Part shown: one piece after another, positions 29,007 to 39,174 of the stretch
How the letters are laid out: each line of letters starts with the position of its first letter
Position numbering within the stretch: position 1 is the stretch's first letter
Source of the DNA: Solirubrobacterales bacterium
Lineage (GTDB): Bacteria; Actinomycetota; Thermoleophilia; Solirubrobacterales; Solirubrobacteraceae
Reading direction: 5' to 3'
DNA length: 64,000 bases
Assembly: GCA_019247075.1 (NCBI GenBank)
Contig: JAFAPR010000008.1
Location: forward strand, 3,074 to 67,073
The notes under the pieces: model-generated
What the model was told of the DNA's origin: nothing
Database searches by the model: none
The model's input: only the letters and a program-made list of their open reading frames with translations
Translations under genes and position numbers: made by a program

Positions 29007-29836
29007 GACGTCCGGCTCCGTGCCGCTGCCTCATATACGTCGGGTCGGCGATCCTCGAACGCATCGGCGAGCCCGGTGAAGCTCTTGCTGCGCGCACGGT
29101 TCAAATCGACGTCGGCGACGGCCGCCGTTCCACGCCCACCGGCCACGATCCAGCCGGCTTCGTCGATCACGGACGTGCCCGCCGTCCAGGCTTGACCCCG
29201 CTCGGTCCCGGTGCGGTCGCAGCACGCCACGAACACTCGGTTGACCCGAGCTGTGGCCATCGCGATCACCACTTCTGGAGGGTGTTCCCCGCCGGGCCAC
29301 TCTGACAACGGCCAATTCGTCGGCACCGCGATCAGGTCCGCGCCGGCCAGCGCGAGCCCACGCGTCATCTCGGGAAACTCGAGGTCGTAGCAGATGAGCA
29401 CGCCGATTCTTCCGAACGGCGTGTCGATGATCGGCGGCACGTCAGCGCCCGGCTCGAAAAAGAGCTTCTCGCGATCCCACAGGTGCGCCTTCCGATACAC
29501 CGCCGCGACTCCCGACCCATCGACTACCGCCGCACTGTTGTAGACCAGCCCATCCTCACCGCGCTCGCAGAAGCCGCCCACGGCGATCGGCGACCGGTCT
29601 GGCGCCCGCGACAGCTCTGTCGCCCAGTCGTGGAAGATGCTGTGCTCCGAGGTGATCGCTACGGAGGCCGCCTCGTCCGAGGACTCGAATACGTAGCCGG
29701 AGGTCACGAGCTCCGGCAGCACGACGATGTCCGCGCCGCTTGCGACCGCGTCACGAATGGCTGCGGTCGAGTCGCGACGGTTCGCCTCGAGGTCGAGCAG
29801 TTCGGGCGCGAGCTGCTGGCAAGCTATGCGCGTCAT
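28904..29836 (-). CDS. Nitrilase-superfamily carbon-nitrogen hydrolase
   Basis: LPEL..SGY, YRKAHLW..E, ICYDLEFPE (Glu-Lys-Cys triad); ATG 29836 chosen. Confidence 0.9.
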   Translation of the reverse strand: MTRIACQQLAPELLDLEANRRDSTAAIRDAVASGADIVVLPELVTSGYVFESSDEAASVAITSEHSIFHDWATELSRAPDRSPIAVGGFCERGEDGLVYNSAAVVDGSGVAAVYRKAHLWDREKLFFEPGADVPPIIDTPFGRIGVLICYDLEFPEMTRGLALAGADLIAVPTNWPLSEWPGGEHPPEVVIAMATARVNRVFVACCDRTGTERGQAWTAGTSVIDEAGWIVAGGRGTAAVADVDLNRARSKSFTGLADAFEDRRPDVYEAAARSRTSYVSTGLVAGPEGTISLRDRPPRAVGSEPTGSWP

Positions 29837-30005
29837 TTGATGCTGGATCTCGGCGGCTCCGTGCTGAGCACGCTCATGATAATTACAGACCATATCGGGC
29901 GACCAAGCTCATGACCGGCCAGTACGGCCAGACGCGCGGGCGTTAGCCGGCCCACTCGCCGGGTAGTCGCTCTTTGCACGCAGACGACGCAAATAGGAGG
30001 AAGCC

Positions 30006-32090
30006 GTGAGCGATGGGGACCCGAAGCTTCAGGATTTGAACCGCGACCGGGTAGGGCATGAGGGCAAGCGGCTGACCACGGATCAAGGGGTCAGCGTCGA
30101 GCACACCGACGATGCGCTGACCGCAGGTGACCGCGGCCCCACTCTGATCGAGGACTTCCATTTCCGCGAGAAGCTCACCCGTTTCGATCACGAGCGCATC
30201 CCGGAACGGGTCGTGCATGCTCGCGGCGCCGGCGCCTACGGCACCTTCACCTGCACGGAGTCGCTGGCGGACGTGACGCGCGCTGACTTTCTGTCCGAAG
30301 CGGGACGCCAGACGCCGGTGTTCGTGCGCTTCTCAACCGTCGCCGGCTCCCGCGGGTCCGCGGACACCGTGCGAGATGTCCGCGGCTTCGCGACCAAGTT
30401 CTACACGCGCGAGGGCAACTACGACCTGGTCGGCAACAACATGCCGGTGTTTTTTATCCAGGACGGCATCAAGTTCCCCGACTTCGTACACGCGGTGAAG
30501 CCCGAGCCCCAAAACGAAATACCCCAGGCCTCCTCCGCGCACGACACTCTATGGGACTTCGTCTCGCTTCAGCCGGAGACGACGCACATGATCATGTGGC
30601 TGATGTCCGACAGGGCGCTGCCACGCAGCTACCGGACGATGCAGGGCTTCGGGGTGCACACGTTCCGGTTCATCAACGCCGAGGGCAGGGGCACCTTCGT
30701 CAAATTCCACTGGCGGCCAATGTTGGGCACGCATTCGCTGGTGTGGGACGAGGTGCAGAAGATCGCCGGCGCTGATCCGGACTTCAACCGCCGGGATCTG
30801 TGGGAGGCGATCGAAGCGGGAAGCGGCCCCGAGTACGAGCTCGGAGTGCAGCTGGTACCCGAGGATCGCGAACACGACTTCGACTTCGACCTGCTTGACG
30901 CCACCAAGATCATCCCCGAAGAGGATGTGCCGCTGCGGGTCGTCGGGCGGATGGTGCTCGATCGAAACCCCGACAACTTCTTCGCCGAGACCGAGCAGGT
31001 GGCGTTCCATACCGCGAACGTCGTGCCCGGAATCGATTTCACCAACGACCCCCTCCTGCAGGCGCGTAACTTCTCTTACCTGGACACTCAGCTGATCCGG
31101 CTCGGTGGTCCCAACTTCGCGCAGCTGCCAGTCAACAGACCGCTGGCAGAGGTACATCATCACCAGCGCGATGGCTACGGCCAGCACCGCATCGACGTCT
31201 CCCCGGTCTCGTATCACCCCAACTCGATCGCGGGCGGCTGCCCCGCGTTGGCGTCCTTCGATGAAGCGGCATTCCGACACTACACCGAGCGCGTCGACGG
31301 GGCGAAGATCCGCAAGCGCTCGGAGAGCTTCAAGGACCACTACAGCCAGGCGACCCTGTTCTGGAACTCGATGAGCGACTGGGAGAAGCAACACATCGTC
31401 GACGCCTTCCGTTTCGAGCTGGGGAAGGTGCAGCGGCCGCACATCCGCGAACGTGTGGTCCAGAACCTCGCGCACGTCGATCACGAGCTTGCCTCCCAGG
31501 TCGCTGGCGGGCTCGGGTTGCCGGCGCCGCCGGCGGCCACATCGAACCACGGCCGTAGCTCCCCGGCACTCTCTCAGGACCGCCAGCCGCAGAGCGCCGC
31601 CACCAGAAAGGTCGCGGTGCTCGCGGCCGACGGCGTCGACGCCGGCTCCCTGCGGCCAGTGCTCGACTCGCTGCACCGACTGGGCGCGGTCTGCGAGGTG
31701 CTGGCCCCGCATGGAGGCGAGCTGGACGGTGGCATCGAGGTCGACCGGCCGATGTTGACGATGGCCTCCGTGCTCTACGACGCGGTGCTGGTCGGCGGCG
31801 GCGCGGAGAGCGTGCGCTCGCTACTGAACAACGGGGCTGCCCTGCGCTACGTAGCCGAGGCCTTCAAACATGCCAAGCCCGTAGCCGCCGTCGGCGAGGG
31901 AGTCGAGCTTCTGCGCGAGGCGCCTCTCAACGACGTGCGGATCTCCGAAGACGGTCTGGTCGTCGACGCCGGCGTGGTGACGCTCGCTTCGCCCGGCGAG
32001 AACGGTCTGGACGCGTTCAGCGACTCGCTGGCCGCAGCGATCAGCGGCCACCGCCACTTCGATCGCCGACTGGAGCTGGTACCCGCATAG
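30006..32090 (+). CDS. katE: Large-subunit catalase HPII with C-terminal DJ-1/flavodoxin-like domain
   Basis: [43 protein letters not shown]; AGGAGG RBS. Confidence 0.96.
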   Translation: MSDGDPKLQDLNRDRVGHEGKRLTTDQGVSVEHTDDALTAGDRGPTLIEDFHFREKLTRFDHERIPERVVHARGAGAYGTFTCTESLADVTRADFLSEAGRQTPVFVRFSTVAGSRGSADTVRDVRGFATKFYTREGNYDLVGNNMPVFFIQDGIKFPDFVHAVKPEPQNEIPQASSAHDTLWDFVSLQPETTHMIMWLMSDRALPRSYRTMQGFGVHTFRFINAEGRGTFVKFHWRPMLGTHSLVWDEVQKIAGADPDFNRRDLWEAIEAGSGPEYELGVQLVPEDREHDFDFDLLDATKIIPEEDVPLRVVGRMVLDRNPDNFFAETEQVAFHTANVVPGIDFTNDPLLQARNFSYLDTQLIRLGGPNFAQLPVNRPLAEVHHHQRDGYGQHRIDVSPVSYHPNSIAGGCPALASFDEAAFRHYTERVDGAKIRKRSESFKDHYSQATLFWNSMSDWEKQHIVDAFRFELGKVQRPHIRERVVQNLAHVDHELASQVAGGLGLPAPPAATSNHGRSSPALSQDRQPQSAATRKVAVLAADGVDAGSLRPVLDSLHRLGAVCEVLAPHGGELDGGIEVDRPMLTMASVLYDAVLVGGGAESVRSLLNNGAALRYVAEAFKHAKPVAAVGEGVELLREAPLNDVRISEDGLVVDAGVVTLASPGENGLDAFSDSLAAAISGHRHFDRRLELVPA

Positions 32091-32173
32091 GCATGAGTCA
32101 CGCGAGACCCGGCTGAGGGTGTCGGTGAACACTCCGGCCGTATACTCGGCTAGCACGGATCGGGGCTTCAGTG

Positions 32174-35100
32174 ATGCAGTTCCGCATTCTTGGGCCGTTG
32201 GAAGTTCTCGCTTCAGGCGAGCCGCTTTCGCTTGGGGGTGCGCGCCCGCGGGCGCTGCTCGCATTGCTGCTGGTAAACGCGGGCCACAGCGTCTCTGTCG
32301 ATCGGGTGATCGACGAGTTGTGGGGGCAGCGGCCGCCGGCCACAGCGGCGCACGCGGTGCAGGTGTATGTGTCGATGATCCGCAAGGTGCTGCGCACCTG
32401 CGGCGACGAGGTGGTGCTGGACGGTTCGGCCGCTGGCTATCGGCTGGACCTGGATCCAGAGCGGATCGATGCGCGCCGTTTTGAGCGGTTGATCGCAAAG
32501 GCCGGGCGCTTGGCCGTCGATGATCCGGGACACGCCGGAGCCGTCTTTGATGAGGCGCTGGCGCTGTGGGGCGGTCAGCCACTGGCCGAGTTCGCCGAGT
32601 ACGGGTTCGCCGCGCGGGAAGCAGACCGGCTGGAGGAGTTGCGTGCGATGGCGCTCGAAGGATCGGTGGCGGCTCGTCTCGCGTGCGGTGAGACTACGCA
32701 GGCGATTGGCACGTTGAGCTCGTTGATCGCGGATAACCCCCTGCGCGAGAGCCCGCGGCGGCTCTTGATGCTCGCGCTGTACCGAAGCGGCCGCCATGCC
32801 GAGGCGCTGGCTGTCTACCGCGACGCGTGCATTGCGCTGGATGAGATCGGGCTCCAGCCCGGGCCCGAGCTACGAGCGCTCGAAGCCGCCATCCTTCGTC
32901 ACGACGCCTCGCTTGCGGCCGCGGGCGTCGTAGAGGACACGAGTGCGGGTAAACGGGTTCCGCAGCCCACCGTAGAGGAACGGCGACCTGCCGGGGAGAC
33001 CTCGCCGGCCGACCCGAGCCCCGGAAGGCGTCCATCGCGCAGGGTAGTCACCGCGCTGTTTTGCGATGTAACCGGCTCGACCGCGTTGGGCGAGGAACTC
33101 GATCCAGAGGCGTTGCACGAGGTGATGAACCGCTATCTCCGTGAGCTGAGGGCTGTGATCGAGCGACACGGGGGGAGCGTGGACAAGTTCATCGGCGATG
33201 CGATGATGGCGGTATTCGGAATCCCGCAGCTGCGCGAGGACGATGCGTTGCGCGCGGTGCGGGCGGCGTGGGAGATCCGTGAGCGGCTTCCGGCGGTGGC
33301 GGAGGAGGTCGGGGTGGCGTTGACGTTCCGAACAGCGGTCAACACCGGCATGGTGTTGAGCGGCGGAGGCGAAAACCTCGCAATTGGCGATGCGGTGAAC
33401 GTCGCGGCGCGGCTGGAACAGTCCGCGGCCCCGGGCGAGATCTTGCTCGGATCGGAGACGTTGCGGCTGGTTCGAGATGCCGTGCGAGTCGAAGAACTCG
33501 AACCGCTCCCGGTGAAGGGGAAGGCTGACCCGGTACGGTCCTTCAAGCTCGTCGGGATCGATCTGCACGCAGCACGTCGTGCGCCTCCGTTCGACCGCCC
33601 GCTGGTCGGCCGCGAACGCGAGCTGGACCTCGTCCGCCAGGCCTGGGAACGGACGGTGGAGGAGTCCGGCTGTCATCTGTTCACGCTCCTCGGTCTTGCA
33701 GGGGTGGGTAAGTCGCGGCTGGCGGCTGAACTGCTCTCGGGCGTGGGCGATACCGCGACCGCGCTGCGCGGACGCTGTCTCCACTATGGCGAAGGAATCA
33801 CGTTCTGGCCGGTGGTCGAGGCGCTGACTCCGGTCGGCGCTCGCGCAGACCGGGTCCTTGAACGCTTGGGGAGCGGTGGCGCGGCGACGCCCGAGGAGCT
33901 GTTCTGGGAAGTGCGGCGACTGCTGGAGGCGCTCGCCCGCGAGCGGCCGGTGATCCTGCACATCGACGATCTCCAGTGGGGCGAGCAGATGCTGCTCGAC
34001 CTCCTCGACCACATCGTCGAGCTCTCACGCGGGGTCCCGATTCTGCTGCTGTGCACGGCCCGCCCGGAGCTGCTGGACGATCGCCCCAATTGGGGCGGCG
34101 GGAAGCTAAACGCCACCTCGGCGTTGCTGCAGCCCCTCGGCGCGAGCGAATGCGAGGTGCTGCTCGACCAGCTCGGCGACGGGATCAATCGCGAACTCAA
34201 GGCGAGGGTGATCGCCGCGAGCGAAGGCAACCCGCTATTTCTGGAGGAAATGGCCGCGCTGGCACGCGAACAGCAAACGTTCGCTGTCCCCCCAACCATC
34301 CAAGCGCTGCTGGCGGCGAGACTAGACCGCCTGCCCGCCGAACAGCGTGAGCTGCTCGAGCGCGGGGCGATCGAAGGAGAGGTCTTTCACCTCGCCGCGG
34401 TACGCGCGCTCGCCGGCGATGGCCAAGCGGGATTTCTGGAACTCGCCCTGGCGGCCCTGGTGCGCCAAGAGCTGATCCGCCCTCACGCGTCCACGCTCGA
34501 GCGCGACGATGCGTTTCGCTTTCGCCACATACTGATCCGCGACGCCGCTTATGCCGGGCTGCCGAAGACGCTGCGGGCGGACCTCCATGAGCGGTTTGCC
34601 CGCTGGCTCGAGCAGAGGTCGCGCGAACTGTCCGAGGTCGACGAGATCGCGGGATGGCACCTCGAACAGGGAATCCGCTACCGAACGGAGCTTGGACGTA
34701 AGCTCGACCCGGCGCTTTCGCAGCGCGCTGCTGAGCACCTGCACGCGGCGGGCAGGCGCGCGAGCTGGCGAGGGGACGCGGGCGCCGCGGTAAACCTGCT
34801 CGAGCGCGCGCTTGCGCTCGTGCCGCAGGCCAGCACGATTGGAGCAACCGTTTGCGTGGATCTCGCCGAACGGTTGCTCGACATCGGTGATCTCGCGCGC
34901 ATGGACGAGCTGCTTTCGGCAGCCGAACGCGATCCTCACACGGCCGATCTCGCCGCGTTAACTCGGCTCGACTGGATGCTGGCGGCAGAGCCCCAGAACG
35001 CTGTTCGTGCAATTGAGACGAGGCTTCCTCGGATCCTCGAACGGGTCGAGACAGCCGCTGACGCGCGAGGGCTGGCCAAGGCGCACATGTTGGCGTTCGA

Positions 35101-35956
35101 ATTGCACTGGTACGCGGGGCGGGTAGCGGCCGCTGGTGGGGAGCTCCGCCGCGTGGCCGATTACGCCCGTGACGCTGGCGACGGAGGCACGCGCTCGCGC
35201 GCCCTTGGATGGTCTTTGATTGCGCTCATCGCCGGGCCGGCTGACGCCAAGACACTGGAAGAGGCGATCGGTGCGATGGAGAGAGAGGATCTCGGTCCCT
35301 ACTTGGCGGCGTATCTCGATCGAGGGAGAGCCGAGCTGGAGCGGCTCAACGGAAACCTCGATGCAGCCCGCCGCTTCGCCCGCCGTGCGATCGAAGGCGT
35401 TGGGGCGCTCGGGAAGGGTGCAACCCAGGGTGGCTTTGAACTGGTCCTTGGTGAGTTGGAACTGTTGGCGGGATCCCCCGCTGTCGCGCTCGAAGCGCTG
35501 CTGCGTTCCGACGCGATCCTTGCCGAGCTCGGCGAGCGGGCAGTTCGCTCGACGACGCAAGCGCTACTCGCAGCCGCCCACGAGCGCTTGGGTAACCGAG
35601 ACGCGGCCCGTGCTTCGTGCGAGCTATCAGATAAGCTCGCCGCGCGCGAGGATGTGCTCAATTACATGACCACGCACCGTGTCCGCGCGCGCCTTGCACT
35701 CGCCGAGGGCGACGACAACGCCGCCGAGGGATGGGCCAGGAGCGCGGTGCGGTACGCGTGCGGCACTGAGTTCGGACGCTGGACGGCCGAGGCAAGACTG
35801 GACCTCGCCGGGATTTTATTGGCCCTGGAACGGCCGCAGGAGGCAAGGATCGAGGCTCGCGCCGCGCTGGACCTGTACAACCGCAAGTGCGATCTGCTCG
35901 GGACCGGTGAAGCATCCGCGATGCTGGATCAGATCAGCGCAGCTGCCGATCAATAG
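32174..35956 (+). CDS. Multidomain regulator: SARP wHTH + BTAD + class III nucleotide cyclase + STAND ATPase + TPR-like repeats
   Basis: FRILGPLEV; PLRE...LMLALYRSGR; LFCDVTGST, KFIGDA, GDAVNVAARL; LVGRERE, GLAGVGKS, IDDLQW, GNPLFLEE, FRHILIRD. Confidence 0.92.
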   Translation: MQFRILGPLEVLASGEPLSLGGARPRALLALLLVNAGHSVSVDRVIDELWGQRPPATAAHAVQVYVSMIRKVLRTCGDEVVLDGSAAGYRLDLDPERIDARRFERLIAKAGRLAVDDPGHAGAVFDEALALWGGQPLAEFAEYGFAAREADRLEELRAMALEGSVAARLACGETTQAIGTLSSLIADNPLRESPRRLLMLALYRSGRHAEALAVYRDACIALDEIGLQPGPELRALEAAILRHDASLAAAGVVEDTSAGKRVPQPTVEERRPAGETSPADPSPGRRPSRRVVTALFCDVTGSTALGEELDPEALHEVMNRYLRELRAVIERHGGSVDKFIGDAMMAVFGIPQLREDDALRAVRAAWEIRERLPAVAEEVGVALTFRTAVNTGMVLSGGGENLAIGDAVNVAARLEQSAAPGEILLGSETLRLVRDAVRVEELEPLPVKGKADPVRSFKLVGIDLHAARRAPPFDRPLVGRERELDLVRQAWERTVEESGCHLFTLLGLAGVGKSRLAAELLSGVGDTATALRGRCLHYGEGITFWPVVEALTPVGARADRVLERLGSGGAATPEELFWEVRRLLEALARERPVILHIDDLQWGEQMLLDLLDHIVELSRGVPILLLCTARPELLDDRPNWGGGKLNATSALLQPLGASECEVLLDQLGDGINRELKARVIAASEGNPLFLEEMAALAREQQTFAVPPTIQALLAARLDRLPAEQRELLERGAIEGEVFHLAAVRALAGDGQAGFLELALAALVRQELIRPHASTLERDDAFRFRHILIRDAAYAGLPKTLRADLHERFARWLEQRSRELSEVDEIAGWHLEQGIRYRTELGRKLDPALSQRAAEHLHAAGRRASWRGDAGAAVNLLERALALVPQASTIGATVCVDLAERLLDIGDLARMDELLSAAERDPHTADLAALTRLDWMLAAEPQNAVRAIETRLPRILERVETAADARGLAKAHMLAFELHWYAGRVAAAGGELRRVADYARDAGDGGTRSRALGWSLIALIAGPADAKTLEEAIGAMEREDLGPYLAAYLDRGRAELERLNGNLDAARRFARRAIEGVGALGKGATQGGFELVLGELELLAGSPAVALEALLRSDAILAELGERAVRSTTQALLAAAHERLGNRDAARASCELSDKLAAREDVLNYMTTHRVRARLALAEGDDNAAEGWARSAVRYACGTEFGRWTAEARLDLAGILLALERPQEARIEARAALDLYNRKCDLLGTGEASAMLDQISAAADQ

Positions 35957-35958
35957 TC

Positions 35959-37344
35959 GTGGAACGCGCTGGCCAGCAACCGTGCCGGGGCCAACATCTG
36001 CGACCCTCCCCGAAGTACGCCCCATGTGGGGTAGTTCGCGTCGTCCCGCCGAGTGAGACCATCGCTCGGGTCCTGCCGCTATGCGAAAAGATCGGCGTGA
36101 CCCGGGTAGCGGACGTGACGGGCCTCGACCGCGTTGGGGTTCCCAACTTCACCACCGTACGGCCCCGCGAAGCGGTGCCGGGGATCTCGTACTACAACGG
36201 AAAAGGACTGACAGCATCAGCGGCCAAAGCTGGAGCGCTGATGGAGGCAGTCGAGCGTCATTGCGCAGAACGTTGTGACCTTCCGGTTATCCGCGGCACG
36301 CGGGACGAGATAGGTGAGTACGGGGCGGCCGTCGACCCTCGGCAACTCGTCGCTCCCCTCGCTCGAGCATATGACCAGCGCACGACGCTTGAGTGGGTGG
36401 AGGGCTATGACCTCATGAGCGACCAACCCATGTTCGTTCCCTTGGACGCCGTGGTGTGTCCATACACGCCCGCTGACCCGGCCGCAAGGGTTTATTACTC
36501 CCACACGAATGGGCTTGCGTCGGGGAACACAATTGAGGAGGCTATCTGCCATGCGATCTGCGAGGTTGTTGAGCGCGATGGGCTATCGATTGCAGATACG
36601 GTCGATAAGTTAGCTCCCGCCGTCGGGCAGATTTGCGCCGGGGGTGAGAATCCGCGAAACCGGAAGTTCGCTCCGGCCACGCTTGGTAGGCGAGTGGCTC
36701 TTGAGACGCTTCCCCCGATCGCAAGGGGTGTCGTGACGAAGATGGAGCAGGCTGGGCTCCGCGTGTCTCTGCGCGACATCAGCGCAGCCGTTGGCGTCGC
36801 GACCCTAGAGTGCACGTGTATAGAGGAAGGGGCTGGCGTCGGGCACGTAGCCCATGGCGGCTGCGGGTCGCACCCCGACGCGCGCGTGGCGGTCAGTCGC
36901 GCGCTGACTGAGGCGGCGCAAAGTCGCCTTGCACACATTCAGGGTGGACGCGAAGACCTCGTTGACATCATCTCTGAGCCCCTACCGTCGCATCCGAAAG
37001 AGGCCGTCGAGCGCGGCGACTTCTACTCGTTTGCGACGGTCCCCACAGTGGAAAACGCGAATATCGATGACGATATTCGATACCTCCTCGATCGCCTCGC
37101 GGATGCGAAATTTGAACACGTCGTCGTCGTCGAGCTGACACGAGCAGAGTTAGGCGTACCGGTAGTCCGCGTAGTTATCCCGAAGGCCGAGACGTGGACC
37201 CTGTTTTGCCATCATGGCGCCAGCGCCAAGCTCGGAGAGCGGGCGAACCAGGCTTTGTCTGATGCTGTCGGCGACTGGTTCTCGTCGGGTAAGCGATCGA
37301 AATCGCCGGAAGCATTCCAACCAATCCGCACCTCGGTGCGCTGA
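35959..37344 (+). CDS. ycaO: YcaO-family ATP-dependent amide-activating enzyme (TfuA-associated)
   Basis: GVTRVADVTGLDRVG, NGKG, MEAVER, TNGLASGN, EVVERD, ALTEAAQSR, GGREDL, VPVVRVVIP; no C-terminal PxP. Confidence 0.93.
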   Translation: MERAGQQPCRGQHLRPSPKYAPCGVVRVVPPSETIARVLPLCEKIGVTRVADVTGLDRVGVPNFTTVRPREAVPGISYYNGKGLTASAAKAGALMEAVERHCAERCDLPVIRGTRDEIGEYGAAVDPRQLVAPLARAYDQRTTLEWVEGYDLMSDQPMFVPLDAVVCPYTPADPAARVYYSHTNGLASGNTIEEAICHAICEVVERDGLSIADTVDKLAPAVGQICAGGENPRNRKFAPATLGRRVALETLPPIARGVVTKMEQAGLRVSLRDISAAVGVATLECTCIEEGAGVGHVAHGGCGSHPDARVAVSRALTEAAQSRLAHIQGGREDLVDIISEPLPSHPKEAVERGDFYSFATVPTVENANIDDDIRYLLDRLADAKFEHVVVVELTRAELGVPVVRVVIPKAETWTLFCHHGASAKLGERANQALSDAVGDWFSSGKRSKSPEAFQPIRTSVR

Positions 37345-38102
37345 TGCGCCCTGTTGGTCCGGCGCCTATCGTGTACCTGGGACCTAGCCTCCCCCCTGCA
37401 ACCGCGGCCGCCGTTCTCGCCGCCGATTACCGACCACCGATCAAGCGCGGCGACTTGCCCGTCGGGTACGACGGCACGATCATCATCATCGATGGGGAGT
37501 TTCAGCAAAGCCTCTCGGTTTCACCAAAGGAGATCCTTCATCTTCTAGACAAAGGTACGAGGGTGATTGGAGCAGCAAGCATGGGCGCACTCCGAGCCGT
37601 CGAGCTCGCACGTTACGGGATGAAGGGGTTCGGTTGGGTGTTCGAGGCGTACCGCTCGGGCAGACTCGAAGCGGATGATGAGGTCGCGGTCTCATACTCC
37701 CCCGAGGACATGAGGTGTCTCACCGTACCTCTCGTCAATGTGCGGCGGTGGCTCGACGAGCTGAGCGCCGGTGGAGACATCGACGAGTGGACTGCCGCCT
37801 GGCTACTTGAGCGAGCCCGGCGACTGTTCTACGCAGACCGCACCCCTGAGCGGCTTTGGGCTACGTGGAGCCAAGTTATCACGAAGTCCGAACTCGAGCG
37901 GGTCCTGGCTGTCACCGGCGGTCAGATTACTGATGTCAAGGCTGCGGACGCCCTGATGGCGCTTAACACATTAGTTCGTGAATCATTACAAACCAACTCA
38001 CAGGAGCATGATCATGGCAGACCGTCCACGACCGAGCGAGAAGACCTGCAAGGTACTGGGGCACGCGCTTGTCGACAGCAAGCTTCGCAAAAAGCTTCTT
38101 AA
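37344..38102 (+). CDS. tfuA: TfuA-like protein
   Basis: YLGPSL, PPIKRGDL, IIDGEF, KEI, GAASMGALRAVEL, DDEVAV, PLVNVR, DVKAADA; TGATG overlap with ycaO. Confidence 0.93.
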   Translation: MRPVGPAPIVYLGPSLPPATAAAVLAADYRPPIKRGDLPVGYDGTIIIIDGEFQQSLSVSPKEILHLLDKGTRVIGAASMGALRAVELARYGMKGFGWVFEAYRSGRLEADDEVAVSYSPEDMRCLTVPLVNVRRWLDELSAGGDIDEWTAAWLLERARRLFYADRTPERLWATWSQVITKSELERVLAVTGGQITDVKAADALMALNTLVRESLQTNSQEHDHGRPSTTEREDLQGTGARACRQQASQKAS

Positions 38103-38262
38103 GGATGTCAGCATCGCAAACACGGAGTATGGGTATGAGCTAACCAAGAAGGAGCTCGGCGAGCTAGGCAAGATGGTCAACAAGGTGACGCGTGACGAAA
38201 TCGAGGAGCTCGCCGGGAAGTGTCACGAGTACGCCGTCGCCAAAGGCTTCTGCCCGCGGTAA
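38014..38262 (+). CDS. 82-aa NHLP/Os1348-like small protein, candidate RiPP precursor or YcaO-TfuA substrate
   Basis: AGGAG 7 nt before ATG; KVLGHALVDSKLRKKLLKD...GYELTKKEL resembles nitrile-hydratase-like leaders; C-terminus AGKCHEYAVAKGFCPR. Confidence 0.72.
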   Translation: MADRPRPSEKTCKVLGHALVDSKLRKKLLKDVSIANTEYGYELTKKELGELGKMVNKVTRDEIEELAGKCHEYAVAKGFCPR

Positions 38263-38495
38263 CCCCGCTTCGCGAGAGGCCCGATCGCAGATCACGAGTC
38301 GTAGGCGAGAAACGCGACTTCTCACCGGGGTGGCGCACGGCGTGCGTCATCCCACTCTGATCCCCACCCTCTAGCCGGTCCTTACCCGGGCGCAGCAAAG
38401 CGCTCAATCCGGCCTTGAGCCGATCGTGAGCGACGAGTGAGCGGCCCTCCTGATCCTCGCTGGCGTCAATCAACGCCGCCGCCAGGAGGGCCGCT

Positions 38496-39116
38496 GTGGG
38501 CACCAAGCTCAAGCTGTTCCACGGATCGCTGGGACTCGCCGCCGCCCAGCGTCGATTCATCCTGCGCGCACTTGCGGTCGGCGCGGCATGCTCGGGCTTA
38601 GCGCTCACTTACGGCGCCACCGAACATGCCGCGGCGAAAAGGATTGCCACTCAGACCTTCGCCGTGCACGCTGCACGGGGTGTTTCGGCGAAGTGGCTAC
38701 GCCGCTCCGAGCAGGCGATTGAAAAGCAGTCACTGACCGTCCGGGCGCACTGGCACACACCACTGGTCGACTTTGGGCGGGACGGTTGGCCGATATATGT
38801 GCGGCGCGCCCGCGACTCAGGCAAACCGGGGTGGCACGATGTGCGAGACGGGCGTCCGTATGCCGTCGTCGCGACACGCACATGGGCGCTCCCGGCGGGG
38901 ATCTTTGACCACGAGGTCCTGGAAATGTTGGTCGACCCCTACTTGCGCCGTTTCGTGCGCGGGAAGCTAGCCGAGATCTGCGACCGAGTGGTGGGACACC
39001 GCTACACGGCAGGCAACGGCGCAGTGCTGGTTGACTGGGTATACCCCTCATATTTCCGGGACGTGAAGGCGGGACCGTGGGACTATCTGCGGCTCCTGAC
39101 CGGAGGCGCGAGATGA
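38496..39116 (+). CDS. Exported protein with Tat-like signal and HExxE motif
   Basis: QRRFILRALAVG...AAA signal; GWHD, HEVLEMLVDP, EICD, DWVYPSYF. Confidence 0.7.
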   Translation: MGTKLKLFHGSLGLAAAQRRFILRALAVGAACSGLALTYGATEHAAAKRIATQTFAVHAARGVSAKWLRRSEQAIEKQSLTVRAHWHTPLVDFGRDGWPIYVRRARDSGKPGWHDVRDGRPYAVVATRTWALPAGIFDHEVLEMLVDPYLRRFVRGKLAEICDRVVGHRYTAGNGAVLVDWVYPSYFRDVKAGPWDYLRLLTGGAR

Positions 39117-39174
39117 CGAGCCTGGTCGGTCCTCGCCTTGCGGGGGTATTCCCGATGGCGGTGTGACCCGCATC

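Noticed and set aside
35959-38262. Azole (LAP/thiopeptide) or thioviridamide-type cluster
   Set aside because: No E1-like partner, dehydrogenase, LanB/LanC/LanD or kinase; YcaO lacks the C-terminal PxP; the putative core is not Ser/Thr/Cys-rich.
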